A DNA stretch of 63,690 bases, the filler included, from Chiloscyllium plagiosum (taxonomy: Eukaryota), in assembly GCF_004010195.1 (NCBI RefSeq). It is 4 parts of 2 records of this genome, joined end to end, with 100 filler letters (N's around TTAATTAATTAA, not from the genome) between each part and the next. Parts side by side here need not be neighbours in the genome. Positions count along the whole stretch, not along the records: positions 1 to 19,526 come from NC_057711.1; positions 19,627 to 44,281 come from NC_057711.1; 2 more parts are not named here. One strand, 5' to 3'. The position numbers and the translations under genes are program-made. Shown one piece after another: positions 12,901-25,392 of this stretch (the first letter of the stretch is position 1; every line of letters begins with the position of its first letter). The notes beneath the pieces are model-generated. The model searched no databases. It was not told the origin of the DNA and worked only from the letters and a program-made list of their open reading frames with translations.

Positions 12901-12979
12901 GAGCCTTCAGTTGAGTTAGCTCAAAATGCAAAAATAAAACCTAGCAAAAGAAAATAAACATTACTATTCCTCAGATACT

Positions 12980-13310
12980 GAAACAGTCTACATTGAAGTA
13001 CAGCAAGACTTGGATAATATTCAAGTCTTAAGAGATAGTTGCATCACACAAGTGCCAGGCAAAGACTATCTCCAACAAGAGAGACTCTAACCATCGCTGT
13101 TTCATATGCAATGGCATTGCCATCACAGGATTCCTCATCCCAGAAGTTACTATTAACCGGAAACTAAACTGGATTAGGTGTGGCGATAAGAACAAATCCA
13201 AGACAGGGAATGCTGCAGCAAGTAACTCATCCTTTCTCTCTCCACATCTGCAAGGCACAAGTCATAAGTGTGATGAAATTGCCTGGAATAGTGCAGCTCC
13301 AATAGGACTA
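12980..13310 (+). mobile_element. Old CR1/L2-clade LINE RT C-terminal fragment
   Basis: Translates to QQDLDNIQ...HKCQ; similar to 51880-52150. Confidence 0.55.
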
Positions 13311-14779
13311 TCATATAGCCATCATAGTTGAACAGGTGGCAATATGAGGCTCACAGCAGCTGGGCCTTCAGTAGGTGAAGTTAGAGTGGAGTATAGGAAA
13401 GTTATATGTACATACTGATTCATAGACATTGTTGGTAGGTGAATACTAGGGCATATAATTTAAATAGTGTTTGAAGCTGGTGGTGTAGTTACTAGGAAAT
13501 GAAATTGGAAGACAGAGGACAGTATCTAACAGGGCCCTGAGCAACATGGCCTATGATGAGAAATGCGGCAGAATCACAAAGAATGGGAAGTGCAAAGGGA
13601 TTATTTTAAGATCAGGAATTGCATTTTTATTTAGATTCTGGGAATTGAGGAAAAGTTCTTGCTAGGCAGCAGCGACTTGCTTATTAAGGGGAATTATTTC
13701 TTGTTGATGACTTTATCAGCTGCAGGGCTCCCCCCATTAATTTGCAGCTTTCTATCTTACCATCTGCCACAAGCAAACTATATACTGAGAATTCTCGACA
13801 TGGAAGTCGGAGTGGAGTGTCTGGTGCCAGAGGCTCTGAATAGCTTCTAAGTAGCTCATGAGCACCAGCCCTACTTACCCCATATCCATGGACAAAGTCA
13901 TTCAACCTGTGATAATCTCTAGAAGTCCTGGTGGTACTTCTCCTCTCCACTTACAGAATGCACCTGAACTTCAATGTTACCCCCTCAGGGCACCTCATTG
14001 TAATGTTGCAGCTCAGGGACCCACATGTAGCTCATGCACTGGACAGGCTGCATCTCCAGGCTGTCCGCCTACACCATTAGGGCTCACTCACTTGACCTGT
14101 TATGGATGCTCAGAGAATCTCTGCCTTTCCAATGTTTTTTGCACCTTGCAGCCTCAGCTGGAGGTACCAGGTTCGCAGTATTGCTGTATTGCCTTGCTAT
14201 TTAGTGCAGGCTCAAAGTTGGGAAGCTTATCATAGCTGTCAGCAGTCTACAGCTATGGGAGATAGCCTTTGCACAAGAGAACCATATGGTAGATAAAAGG
14301 CCTAGGATTGGAAAAAAGAGCCACAGGCAACAACCACTTCACTGCTGCAACCAGGGAAGCGTGGTGTGGCCAAATTATGTACAAGAATTTATTCAGCAGA
14401 CTGACCACCTGGATGTGAGCTCCTGTATGCAGCACTCACTGAGCAACTGGTATTCGAAGTACATGCTGCCATTTTAGGGTGTTAGTGGTAATGTCCTTGT
14501 TTCTGAGCCAGGAGGCATGGATCCAAGGTGTGTAATAACATCTCTGTGCAGGTTGATTAAAAATATCTATGCTATCACTTAATGGATTTTTAAAAGGATT
14601 CCACATGAAGTAGAAAGTGTTTCCAAATTGTTGACATCTATACCTTGAGTATAGTTTCTGGATCTGAGAGGGAAATGAGACCATGTGTTTAAGAGTTTCA
14701 CACTGCTCAGCCCACCTTTAGTCATGAGTGACTGGTTTCAGAGCTTGAGAATTGGCTGGAGACACAACATTATAGCTCC

Positions 14780-17700
14780 GATGCTGGCAATAATGTGAAT
14801 AACATGTTTTTAGACTTGGGTACTCTGTAGTTTAAGGAAGTGCAGTCAGAGAGGGATTTGGTGCCCATAAGTCAGAAGCAGTGTTACAGGCAGATAGTCA
14901 AGAAAGCCCCAGTGCTGGAACATCATAAGAGTGACAGTTCCATTGGGGAGTGCAGATCTCAGCTACATAAGGGGGGGAGTAGAAAGAGAGGGAATATTCA
15001 GCATGCTGACTCTAAATTGGTGTACTGCCTCCTGGGAGCTAGCATCAAAGCTACCAATGAACAGTTGCATGACTTTCTGAAAGGAGAGGGCTACATATTA
15101 ATGAGGGGAGATCTGCAGCTAATAAGATCATCAACATTTTAACCAACAACACAAGTACAAAGAAGAACAAGGCTCCGAAATTTAGAGAGCTAATTAGTGG
15201 GTTAAAAAGCAGGACCTCAAAGGGTCTAATCTCTGGATTAGTTTCCATGCCAGGTGCTAGTGAATACAGGAACAGGGTGGAAGGAACAGATGAATGCATG
15301 GCTGAAGAGTTGGAGCAAAAGGGAGGGCTTTAGATTCCTGGATCATTGGATTCATTTCTGGGGAAGATGACATCTGTAGAACAGTAGACAAGGCTGCACC
15401 TGAACTGAATGGGATCAATATTTTCATTGAGGGTCATGGAAATTTATTAGTACACTTGGTGGGGATTTAAACTAACTTGGCAAAGTGGAGGAAGAGTAAT
15501 GGGTGATGCACAGACAAGTACATCAAGTTAGTCTGTAAGGCAGTGTCAATATAGTCATGTTAAAGCACAAGGGAGCATGACAAGGCTGGATGGCATTTAT
15601 TTTAATGGAAGGAGTCTTGCAAGTAAGGCAGATGAGTTGACACGTTGATTAATACACGGAAGTATGATGCAGCTGTACTATGACATAGGGCTAGACAGTT
15701 GAACCATATCCATTTATTTATCTTCCGACACAATAAAATTAAAACATTGAAGACCCCCAATTAGTAATAGTTGATTACCAGACTTTTGACTAACCAATCC
15801 CATAATTTGTCAATAATTAATTTCCAGACACCAGTTTTATCTTAAAAAAAACTTAACAATTTATTAAATACAAAATAACTTTAGCAAAGAAAAGAATAAA
15901 CAGTACAGTAATCTGATTAATGTATGTGCGTCAAACCCAAAGTATTTGTTTCCAATTCCCATTCACACTAAAGAAAGACAGACAAACAGATTTAATGGGG
16001 AAATAAAGGAAAATATTGAAACTGGCTAGGCTACTTAAATGTCCTTCATGATGTATTGTTTTGTAAGCATAAACGTATACTCCTTGGCTGTTTTTCTGAA
16101 ACATTGACTAGGGCCACCTCCTGAGTTCACCCAGGGAAGGGCAGCAATACTTCTAACTCAGCTTTCAACAGTTTGAACCTTCAGAAGCAGGTGTATCAGG
16201 TTAGGGGTTCAAGTCTTCATGCTGTCTCAGCAGTGTACCAGAATCATCAAATCCCAGACAACATCAGTGTTCTGTTCTGATAGACTGATCGACTCCTCCT
16301 GAGGCCCCAGTTACCATTCACAACTGCCATCTGCTTGAACACAGGGACTCAGTCAGAATTGCCGGAGCAAATTCCAAAGTGTTGACCTTGTAAAGGCCAA
16401 CTTCTACTACCTGTCTAAATACAATGCTCTTTGCAGGGTTTGCTGTAGCTGTTGAACCTTTTAGTTAGCCACATGCCTGGCTTCACAAAGCTTGTCTGGT
16501 CTATTCTTTTCCTTTTACCACCAGCAGTCCCGAAGTCCAGCAGGCATATCCAGCTCTTAATCCAAAATTGATACAAGAATATAAATAATATAATGATAAA
16601 TCAGTGAGGGTTCTCATAATTGCTATCATGAAGGCATGACTGAGGGAGGGACAAGACTGGCAGCTCAATAATCTAGGAGTGAAATCTTCAGTTGAGATGG
16701 GTTTGTGGTATATGTATAAAAAAGGTGGTGTTGTATTATTGATCAAGAAGTCAGTTACTACCATAAGGAGTTATCGCATCTCAAAAGGTTCCTCAAATAA
16801 GACTTGATTGGTAGAACATAAGAACAAAGACGTGACAAGCATTTTGCTGCAACTGTATTATAATCCCCTAAACAGTTAGGGAGCAATAGAATGATAGAGA
16901 TATGTGCAAATCACAGAGAACTGTAAAAATTATAAGGTAACACTAGGAGGGGGTATCAACTTCTGCATTATTAACTGGATAACCAAAATGAGAAAGTCTT
17001 AGAGGAGGTGAAATTCTTAAAGTCTGTCCAGGAAAACATTTTCAGCCAGCATGTAGAAAGAAACAAGAGAGGTCATGAGGTGCTGGACAACATTTTAAGG
17101 GACAAGGCTGGGCAAGTGGGGCAGTGAGTGTTAGGGGCTAACCATGGCCGAAGCAGCATAAAACAGTTGAAACTGATTCTCAGCTAACATCAAATAGTTG
17201 AGGAAGACTTTTAACTGAAACAGCAGCTTCTGTAGTCTGATATCTGAAGTTGAAAGATTTAGATAGCACACAAAGAGTCATGTGAATTGCAGATGAAAGG
17301 GTCCTGTTGAATGGAAGCAAAGTGCAGCTGCTGCTTGTTGGGAGACGTTTTGATAAGGAACATCTTGAGAAATATTGACAGAAGCCTCCATTCCAGGATG
17401 GTCCAAAGTCTGATATTGCTCCTGGGATAGAAGGGAATGGAGCATGACCTACACCAGTTCAGGACCCCAGGTCATTGCAGCCACTAGTTATATATGTGAA
17501 AAAAATGGAGTTTTCAGTACACAGGCATGAAGGGATTTAACTGTATTTCCATGTACAGTCAGTCTAAGGCAGATAGGAGAGGTCCCTTGCTATTAGCAAG
17601 GCAGCACTGAGTAACTGGCCGAGGATCGAAAGCCTGGAATGTTGTTGAATAAAATGTATTATGCAGACAGAAGGGTACTTCCTTTAATTCTCCTGCTCCT

Positions 17701-18378
17701 TGGATGCTGCCTGGCCTGCTGTGTTTTTCCAGCATCACATTTTTCAACACTACTTCCTTTAATAGTCAAGACATTGAATACAACAGCAAGGAGTTACAAT
17801 AGAGTTGTACATAATATTAGTGAGGCCACAGCTGGAGTACTCTGTGTTGCTCGGCCACCACACTATAGGGGGTATGTGATTACAGTAGAAAGCTTGCAGA
17901 AGAGATTCACCAGGGTATTGCCTGGGCTGGAATGAGTCAGCTATGAAGAGAACCTGGACAACATGAGGTTGTTTACCTTACAGCGGAGAAAGCTGACAGG
18001 GAACTGATTGAGGCGTACAAAATTCTGGAGGCATGGACAGGGTAGATCAGAAGAAACCTTTCCCCTCAGTAGAATGATCAATAAACAGGGGAAGCAATTT
18101 TAGGGTTAGGACTAGCAGGTTTAGAAGCAATTTACTGAAACTATGTTTCCTTCTAAAGGTAACAAGTGTCTGAAACACACTGTCTAACAGGTTGGTAGAG
18201 GTAGGACCCCCTCAAGCTATTTATGAACTATTTAAATGAGCTCTTGAAACCCCATAGCAACGAGGCTATGAGCCAAGTGCTAGAAAATTGGATTAGAGCA
18301 GTTGTATGTTTGATGTCTGACATGAACATAATGGACTGAAGAATCCCTTTCCATGTTGTAAAATGACGTTGACTGTAT
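14780..18378 (+). mobile_element. Old, fragmented CR1 (ORF1 esterase, endonuclease and 3' parts) with internal insertions
   Basis: ORF1 remnant at ~15040-15480 (LKSRTSK, WxKxEGFRF). Endonuclease remnants at ~15590-15690 and 16600-17130. 3' part at 17750-18378 (LQKRFTRVLPGLE) with tail. Unrelated ~0.9-kb insert at ~15690-16580. Confidence 0.65.
17687..17750 (+). mobile_element. Penelope-like family 1 arm fragment
   Basis: attctcctgctccttggatgctgcctggcctgctgtgtttttccagcatcacattt matches the arm of 9179-9402. Confidence 0.75.
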
Positions 18379-19526
18379 ATGTTCTTGAAACAGTTAAAGG
18401 TGGATAAATCCCCAGGACCTGATCAGGTATACCCGAGAACTCCGTGGAAAGCTAGAGAAGTGATTGCTGGGCCTCTTGCTGAGATATTTGTATCATCGAT
18501 AGTCACGTGTGAGGTACCGGAAGACTGGAGGTTGGCTAACATGGTGCCACTGTTTAAGAAAGGAAGTAAGGACAAGCCAGGGAATTATAGGCCGGTGAGC
18601 CTGACCTTGGTGGTGGGCAAGTTGTTGGAGGGAATCCTGAGGGACAGGATGTACATGTATTTGGAAAGGCAAGGAATGATTCGGGATAGTCAACATGGCT
18701 TTGTGGGTGGGAAATCATATCTCACAAACGTGATTGAGCTTTTTGAAGAAGTAACAAAGAGGATTGATGAGGGCAGAGCAGTATATGTGATCTATATGGA
18801 CTTCAGTAAGGCGTTCGACAAGGTTCCCCATGGGAGACTGATTATCAAGGTTGGATCTCATGAAATACAGGGAGAACTAGCCATTTGGATACAGAACTGG
18901 CTCAAAGGTAGAAGACAGAGGATGGTGGTGGAGGGTTGTTTTTCAGACTGGAGGCCTGTAACCAGTGGAGTGCCACAAGGATCGATGCTGGGTCCTCTCA
19001 TTTTTGTCATTTATATAAATGATTTGGATGCGAGCATAAGAGTTACAGTTAGGAAGTTTGCAGATGACACCAAAATTGGAGGTGTAGCGAAGAGGGTTAC
19101 CATAGATTACAACAGGACCTGGACCAGATGGGCCAATGGGCTGAGGAGTGGCAGATGGAATTTAATTCAGATAAATGTGAGGTGCTGCATTTTAGGAAAG
19201 CAAATCTTAGCAGGACTTATACACTTAATGGTAAGGTCCTAGGGAGTGTTGCTGAACAAAAAGACCTTGGAGTGCAGGTTCGTAGCTCCTTGAAAGTGGA
19301 ATCGCAGGTAGATAGGACACTGAAGAAGGCGTTTGGTATGCTTTCTTTTATTGGTCAGAGTATTGAGTACAGCAGTTGGGAGGTCACGTTGCGGCTGTAC
19401 AGGACATTGGTTAGGCCACTGTTGGAATATTGTGTGCAATTCTGGTCTCCATCCTATCGGAAAGATGTTGTGAAACTTGAAAGGGTTCAGAAAAGATTTA
19501 CAAGGATGTTGCCAGGGTTGGAGGAT
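18379..19526 (+). mobile_element. CR1 LINE RT region, young subfamily, cut by linker
   Basis: ORFs 18379-19242 and 19128 onward give [19 protein letters not shown] and FADD. Highly similar to 650-1770. One frameshift. Confidence 0.96.
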
Positions 19527-19626
19527 NNNNNNNNNNNNNNNNNNNNNNNNNNNNNNNNNNNNNNNNNNNNTTAATTAATTAANNNNNNNNNNNNNNNNNN
19601 NNNNNNNNNNNNNNNNNNNNNNNNNN
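19527..19626. other. Artificial contig linker (44 N + TTAATTAATTAA + 44 N)
   Basis: Six-frame stop spacer, identical at three places. Confidence 0.97.
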
Positions 19627-20494
19627 CATGCTGTGGTTCTGTTTGCCGAGCTGGAAGTTTTTGTTGCAAATGTTTCGTCCCCTGTCTAGGTGACATCCTC
19701 AGGGCTTGGGAGCCTTCTGTGAAGCGCTTCTGTGGTGTTTCCTTCGGCATTTATAGTGGCCTGTCCCTGCTGCTTCCGGTTGTCAGTTTCAGCTGTTCGC
19801 TGTAGTGGCCGGTATATTGGGTCCATGTCGATGTGTTTTTTGATGGAGTTTGTGGATGAGTGCCATGCTTCTAGAAATTCCCTGGCTGTTCTTTGTTTTG
19901 CTTGCCCTATAATGGTAGTGTTGTCCCAGTCGAATTCATGTTGCTTGACGTCTGCTTGTGTGGCTACTAAGGATAGCTGGTTGTGTTGTTTCGTGGCTAG
20001 TTGATGTTCGTGGATGTGGATCGTTAGCTGTCTTCCTGTTTGTCCTATATAGTGTTTTGTGCAGTCCTTGCATGGGATTTTGTACACTACATTAGTTTTG
20101 CTCATGCTGGGTATTGGGTCCTTCGTTCTGGTGAGTTGTGACCAGCTATCCCTAGTAGCCACACACGCAGATGACAAGCAACATGAATTTGACTGGGACA
20201 ACACTACCATTATAGGGCAAGCGAAACAAAGAACAGCCAGGGAATTCCTAGAAGCATGGCACTCATCCACAAACTCCATCAACAAACACATCGACCTGGA
20301 CCCAATATACCAGCCACTACAGCGGACAGCTGAAACTGACAACCGGAAACGGCAGGGACAGGCCACTATAAATGCCAGAGGAAACACCACAGAAGCACTT
20401 TGCAGGAGGCTCCCAAGCACTGAGGATGTCACCTAGACAGGGGACGAAACGTTTGCAACAAAAACTTCCAGCTCGGCGAACAGAACCACAGCAT
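19627..20494 (-). mobile_element. Penelope-like element (family 3, Penelope/Poseidon-like) with GIY-YIG endonuclease, 354-bp inverted arms
   Basis: Minus-strand peptide NVVYKIPCKDCTKHYIGQTGR...EH...FDWDNT...REFLEAW. Arms 19628-19981 and 20141-20494 are reverse complements around a 159-bp spacer. Confidence 0.93.
20417..20456 (+). ncRNA. Minimal hammerhead ribozyme (PLE family 3)
   Basis: gca-CTGAGGA-T-GTC-acctagacaggg-GAC-GAAA-CG-TT-tgc: 3-bp stem I, extended stem II, GUU triplet. Confidence 0.75.
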
Positions 20495-21290
20495 CATCCA
20501 ATAAAGTCATCAGCATGGGTGTGGTGGAAGTACACAGATTATAAGTTCAACATATAACATTCTGCTGGTGCCACTTTCAATCTCTCCCAATCACCATCCT
20601 TTCTTGAAGGGGAACTTTCTGATTTTTGGCTAATTCTGATTTGCGTCAAGCTTATAGGAGGGATTTGTGCTGTAATGCCAAGTGAATCTTCTTGCTCTAA
20701 CCCACCTAAATTGTCTCATTAATTGCTACCTCACCCCTATGGTATCCTATATATCCAATCTGGCCTATTGTTCCGCATACTGTGCCTGGAACAACTCAGT
20801 ACTCACCAGATACCCAGAATTCACTGGCATCCTTTGTACCTATGCCAACTTCAAAGTTCTTTAGTATACCTGTACAAGCACCGTCAGTCCAGAGCTACCT
20901 TGCACAGTTCCAGATACTTTGTTCTATTGTATGAGCTTGGAGGTCCTGTTGGTCAAGGTGTTGCAAAGAGGTGACTTCCTCTTCCATCAGGAACAACAGT
21001 GGAAATCACAACACCAGACCATGCCAGTATGCTCTGAGGTGCCCACTTGAGTCAGTGCAGTTGCTGCCGTTTGGTGAATGTAACACAATGCAATAAGAAG
21101 ATCAATGATCTAACCCACTCTCCCAGTGCAAGTGCCGCCATCTTCTTCCTGTCATTTCACATTCACTGTGCCCTTACTACTTTACTCACCTCCCACCAAG
21201 GATCATGTTTCATCACTCTCACTATTGTCTGTACTATCTTGCCTCCTTTGCTGCCACCCACCCCAACACCTGACATCACCAACCCCTGCT

Positions 21291-21728
21291 TTAGAGAGAG
21301 GCTGAATAGGCTGGAGCTGTTTTCCCTGGAGTGTCGAAGGCTGAGGGGTGACCTTATAGAGGTTTATAAAATCACAAGGGGCATGGATATGGTAAATAGA
21401 CATGGTCTTTTCCCTGGGTTGGGGCAATCCAGAACTAGAGGGTTTATGGTGAGAGGGGAAAAATATAAATGGGACCTAAGGGGCAACTTTTCCATGCAAA
21501 AGGTGGTCCTTGTATAGAATGAGCTGCCAGAGGAAGTGGTGGAGGCTGGTACAATTACAACATTTAATAGGTATCTGGATGGGTACATGCATAAAAAGGG
21601 TTTAGAGGGATATGGGCCAAGTGCTGGCAAATGGGACGAGATTAATTTCGGGTATCTGGTCAGCATAGATAGGTTGGACTGAAGACTCTGTTTCCAGTCT
21701 GTACATCTCTATGACTCTATGACTCTAT
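21291..21728 (+). mobile_element. 5'-truncated CR1 3' end
   Basis: RERLNRLELFSLECRRLRGDLIEVYKI; (ctctatga)n tail. Confidence 0.93.
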
Positions 21729-21789
21729 AACCATAATGAGCTTCCTTTCTAGTTTTTTTTTCTGTATTTAGTAGCAAGCTGCACTCAAA

Positions 21790-23690
21790 CAAATAATAAA
21801 ATTGTCTTCAAACACATTAATAAGAAAAGATTAGTGAAGGCTTGAGTGGGTCCCATTAGGAACAAGGAGGGAAAGCTGTTCACAGATGCAAAGAATAGGA
21901 CTAAATGAATATTTTGCCTTTGTCTTACCAAATCAGAACATAGTAATAATGGCCTCATTGAAAATCTGGGTGTTGAGCAACTGAAATGTACAGTGTGGGC
22001 GGCACAGTGGCACAGTGGTTAGCACTGCTGCCTCACAGCGCCAGAGACCCAGGTTCAATTCCCGTCTCAGGTGACTGACTGTGTGGAGTTTGCACGTCCT
22101 CCCCGTGTCTGCGTGGGTTTCCTCCGGGTGCTCCGGTTTCCTCCCACAGTCCAAAGATGTGCAGGTCAGGTGAATTGGCCATGCTAAATTGCCCGTAGTG
22201 TTAGGTAAGGGGTACATGTGGGTTGCGCTTCGGCGGGGCGGTGTGGACTTGTTGGGCCGAAGGGCCTGTTTCCACACTGTATGTAATCTAATCTAATCTA
22301 ATCTAAAGAAGTGGTGCTATAAAGGTTGGCAGATCTCCAGATGCAGAAGTCAGCAGGTCCAGACAGAATGCATCATAGATTGCTGAGTGTTAAGGGAGCA
22401 AATTGCAGAGTCATTGACAGAAATTTTCTAGGTCTCTCTGAACACAGAAGTATTGCCAGGCTCTTGAGGATTACAAGTGTGACATTATTGTTTATGTGAG
22501 AGGAAAAGGACAACCCAGGAAACTACAGATCTGTCAATTTGACATCAAAAATGGAAAAACTGATAGAGGCCATAATACAGGATAAGCTAAATGTACGAAA
22601 AATAAGTTAATATGAGACAGTCAGCATGGCTTTATCAAGGGCTGGTCATGTCTGACAAATTTAGTTGAGTTATTTGCAAGGTGACATAGGCAGGAGATGA
22701 GAGTAGTGCTGTAAGTGTTATATATTTGGACTTTCATAAAGCATTTGATATGGTGACACATGTTAGCAAATTAGATATGTATAAGATAGATAGGATCGGT
22801 AGGTCTTTTGCAGCATGGATTAGAAGTTAGGTAAAAGATAGGAAACAGAGAGTAGGGATGGAGACAAGTTGAAAGTAATGTTCCCCAGGGATCAGCGGTG
22901 GGACCCATTTTTTTTTCTGATTTATACAAACAATTTGAAGCTGAGAGTTGAGAGAAAAGAATTTCTAAATTTGCAGATGATATTAAGCTAGGGAGAAGAA
23001 GAAATTGTAACAATGATGCGCAGTGACTTCAGAGGGACATTGACAAGTTGGCCAAATGGACAAACACCTGGCAGATGAAATTTAATGCAGAGCAATTTGA
23101 GGTAATGCATTTTGGTGAAAGAAACACAGAGAGACAATGCAAGTTTGATGGTACAACTTTGAGGGGAATATGGGAGAAAAGGGACCTTGGGGTTCACATA
23201 TATGATTCTCTGAAGGTGACCAGGCAAGTTGAAACAGTTGTTAAGAATGCTTATAGCATCCTTGGCTTTATATATAGAGGTATAAAGGACAAAAACAAGG
23301 GAGTGATACTACACTTACACAAATTATTAGTCAGGCCACATTTGGACTATTGTGTTCAGTTCTTGAGCACCTTATTTAAGGGAGGATGTTAAATTGAGGT
23401 GTTCAAAATTATGAACAGTTATGAACAGGATAAAGAAGGATATTCTGTTTGTACCAATTGGTATTCCAACATCAGGGGTCACAACTACAAGATTGTCAGC
23501 AAGAGGGCTAGGAGTGAGATGAGGAGAAACGTCTTTACTCAGGGAGTTATTCAGACTTGGAATATTCTGCCTGAGGGAGTGGTGGAGGGATATTCCAAAG
23601 GGGTTTCAAAAGAGAACTGGATACATATTTAAAATGAATGAAATTAGAGGGCTACAGAGATATGGCCTGAGAGTGAGACTAGCTGGTTAC
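21790..23690 (+). mobile_element. Old decayed CR1 ORF2 (interrupted by SINE)
   Basis: Remnants NPGNYRSV, QHGFIKG, VPQGSAVGP, SKFADD, WQMKFN and LVRPHLDYCVQF. Confidence 0.85.
21997..22305 (+). mobile_element. HE1-type V-SINE, young copy
   Basis: A box tggcacagtgg, B box ggttcaattccc, V domain gtgtggagtttgcac...ctcccacagtccaaaga, CR1-like 3' end, (aatct)n tail. CpGs retained. Confidence 0.95.
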
Positions 23691-24923
23691 ATTCCTCTTG
23701 TGCTACTGCCTCACATTTGCCAGGTCTTGTTCATCTGCAAAAAGAAAGTCTGTAAGGTGGTGGTGTGATAAGATCAGGGGACTGCCAAGAGATGTATGTC
23801 TTGACCACCTGCAGCATGTATATGAGAAGAAACTGTAGGATAAAGAGTCACTGGAATGTAAGAAGGAGAAATGGGCATCTCTGTCATGATTAATGTTTTT
23901 TCCAACTGCTGACCATGGTCTCTGGATGCTTTGATGATGACAAGCACCATCCCCCTCATTAGGCTGAGGCTATGCAGCTTTGAGTGACCCCTTTGATTCG
24001 TTCCTACAGATGGTTGTATTCAACCTTAATCTCAAAGAAAGAGAAGAGTCAGCCAATGAGTGTAAGGCAATCTTTTTAGTTGTTGTACCAGTGTTTGAAT
24101 AGCTGGCAGTACGTGCAAGCTGTGAGACACACAAGTGAAGATTTCAGCTGAGTTCTGTGACAGTTATGAATGTTTGATATGAGTGAAATTTTTAAAAACT
24201 CTATTTTAAGTGAACAGTGACTTAAGCCATGGTTGAGGTGATTGGTGAAGTCAATAGGATCTTGCATTTTGAAGATTTATTCCCTGTCCTTGACCAATCA
24301 TGTAATGCCATTAAACCTTCAACATGGTTTCAGCATCCTATAGCTGTACAGTTTGCATTGATTGTGATTGTTGACTGATCTTATTACAATTCACATATCT
24401 ATCTGGATTGCTCTTCTTTGTAATGGAAAAAAAACCCTGTCATGTCTACCTCAGGAGCTAAGACCATTGGTGTGAAAGAACCTTGCAGCCCTCACCTTCT
24501 CCTCCATTATGCCATTGTCAGTCTTCTTCCAGGTCAATACGGCTTTTCCAACAGCTGCTTAAGCCAAAAATTTTAAGGAGTGCAGATCTAGTTGAATTAA
24601 AATACGTTAACTTGGACTCAGCCTTGTATTTTTGCCATTCTCGCTCAAGCATACAGGTACTCACTGAGACACTCAATGTTGACTGAACCTTGTGATCACA
24701 TGAATAAGGAGAGAATGTAATGATATCAGGCTGCTTGTTAGAGGAATAGTTTTAGCTGGTCATGCATCACCAACTTTCAGGCCTTAGCATATCTTGTGAT
24801 GTTTAGTTGCTGAAAACTGAATTGATTTGATTCTGAAAAAGTCTGCACTAGATAAATAGGTACACTTTTCAGACAACAAGTCTGCAAAACTTAGAGAACA
24901 CTTTAAAAATCGATGACCTCAAT

Positions 24924-25097
24924 CAAAAAAAAATACTGCAGATGTTGGAAATCTGAAACAAATACAGAGCATGCTGGAGAAACTCGGCAGAACTGTTCTG
25001 AAGAAGAGTCATAACAGACTCAAAACTTTAACTGCTTCTGTCTCCACAGACGCTGCCAGACCTACTTAATTTCTCAAGCATTGTCCATGTTTGTTCC
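24924..25097. mobile_element. Old Penelope-like fold-back element with hammerhead remnant
   Basis: 10-bp TSD tgacctcaat (24914-24923 / 25098-25107). CTGAAGA-A-GAGTC-ataaca-GACTC-aaaac. Confidence 0.65.
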
Positions 25098-25134
25098 TGA
25101 CCTCAATAACCTGGAAGGGCAAAGGCAGCATATG

Positions 25135-25392
25135 AGATGGAAATGTGTTGCTGGAAAAGCGCAGCAGGTCAGGCAGCATCTAGGGAACAGGAGAATCGAC
25201 GTTTCGGGCATTAGCCCTTCTTCAGGAATGAAGGGCTAATGCCCGAAAGAAGGGCTAATGCCCTTCCTGAAGAAGGGCTAATGCCCGAAACGTCGATTCT
25301 CCTGTTCCCTAGATGCTGCCTGACCTGCTGCGCTTTTCCAGCAACACATTTCCATCTCTGATCTCCAGCATCTGCAGACCTCACTTTCTCCT
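25135..25392 (+). mobile_element. Penelope-like (family 1) fold-back element with two intact hammerhead cores
   Basis: 15-bp TSD caaaggcagcatatg (25120-25134 / 25393-25407). Cores at 25198-25225 (-) and 25267-25294 (+). 35-nt tail at 25358-25392. Confidence 0.92.

Noticed and set aside
15690..16580. LTR-like insert (also ~38560-39095)
   Set aside because: No clear TG...CA ends or TSD could be fixed, so left unclassified.
19686..20432. 248-aa ORF as a novel protein
   Set aside because: The N-terminal ~100 aa is the antisense reading of the inverted arm. Only the C-terminal GIY-YIG part is real.
21997..22070. tRNA gene
   Set aside because: The A/B boxes belong to the SINE head and run straight into the V domain.
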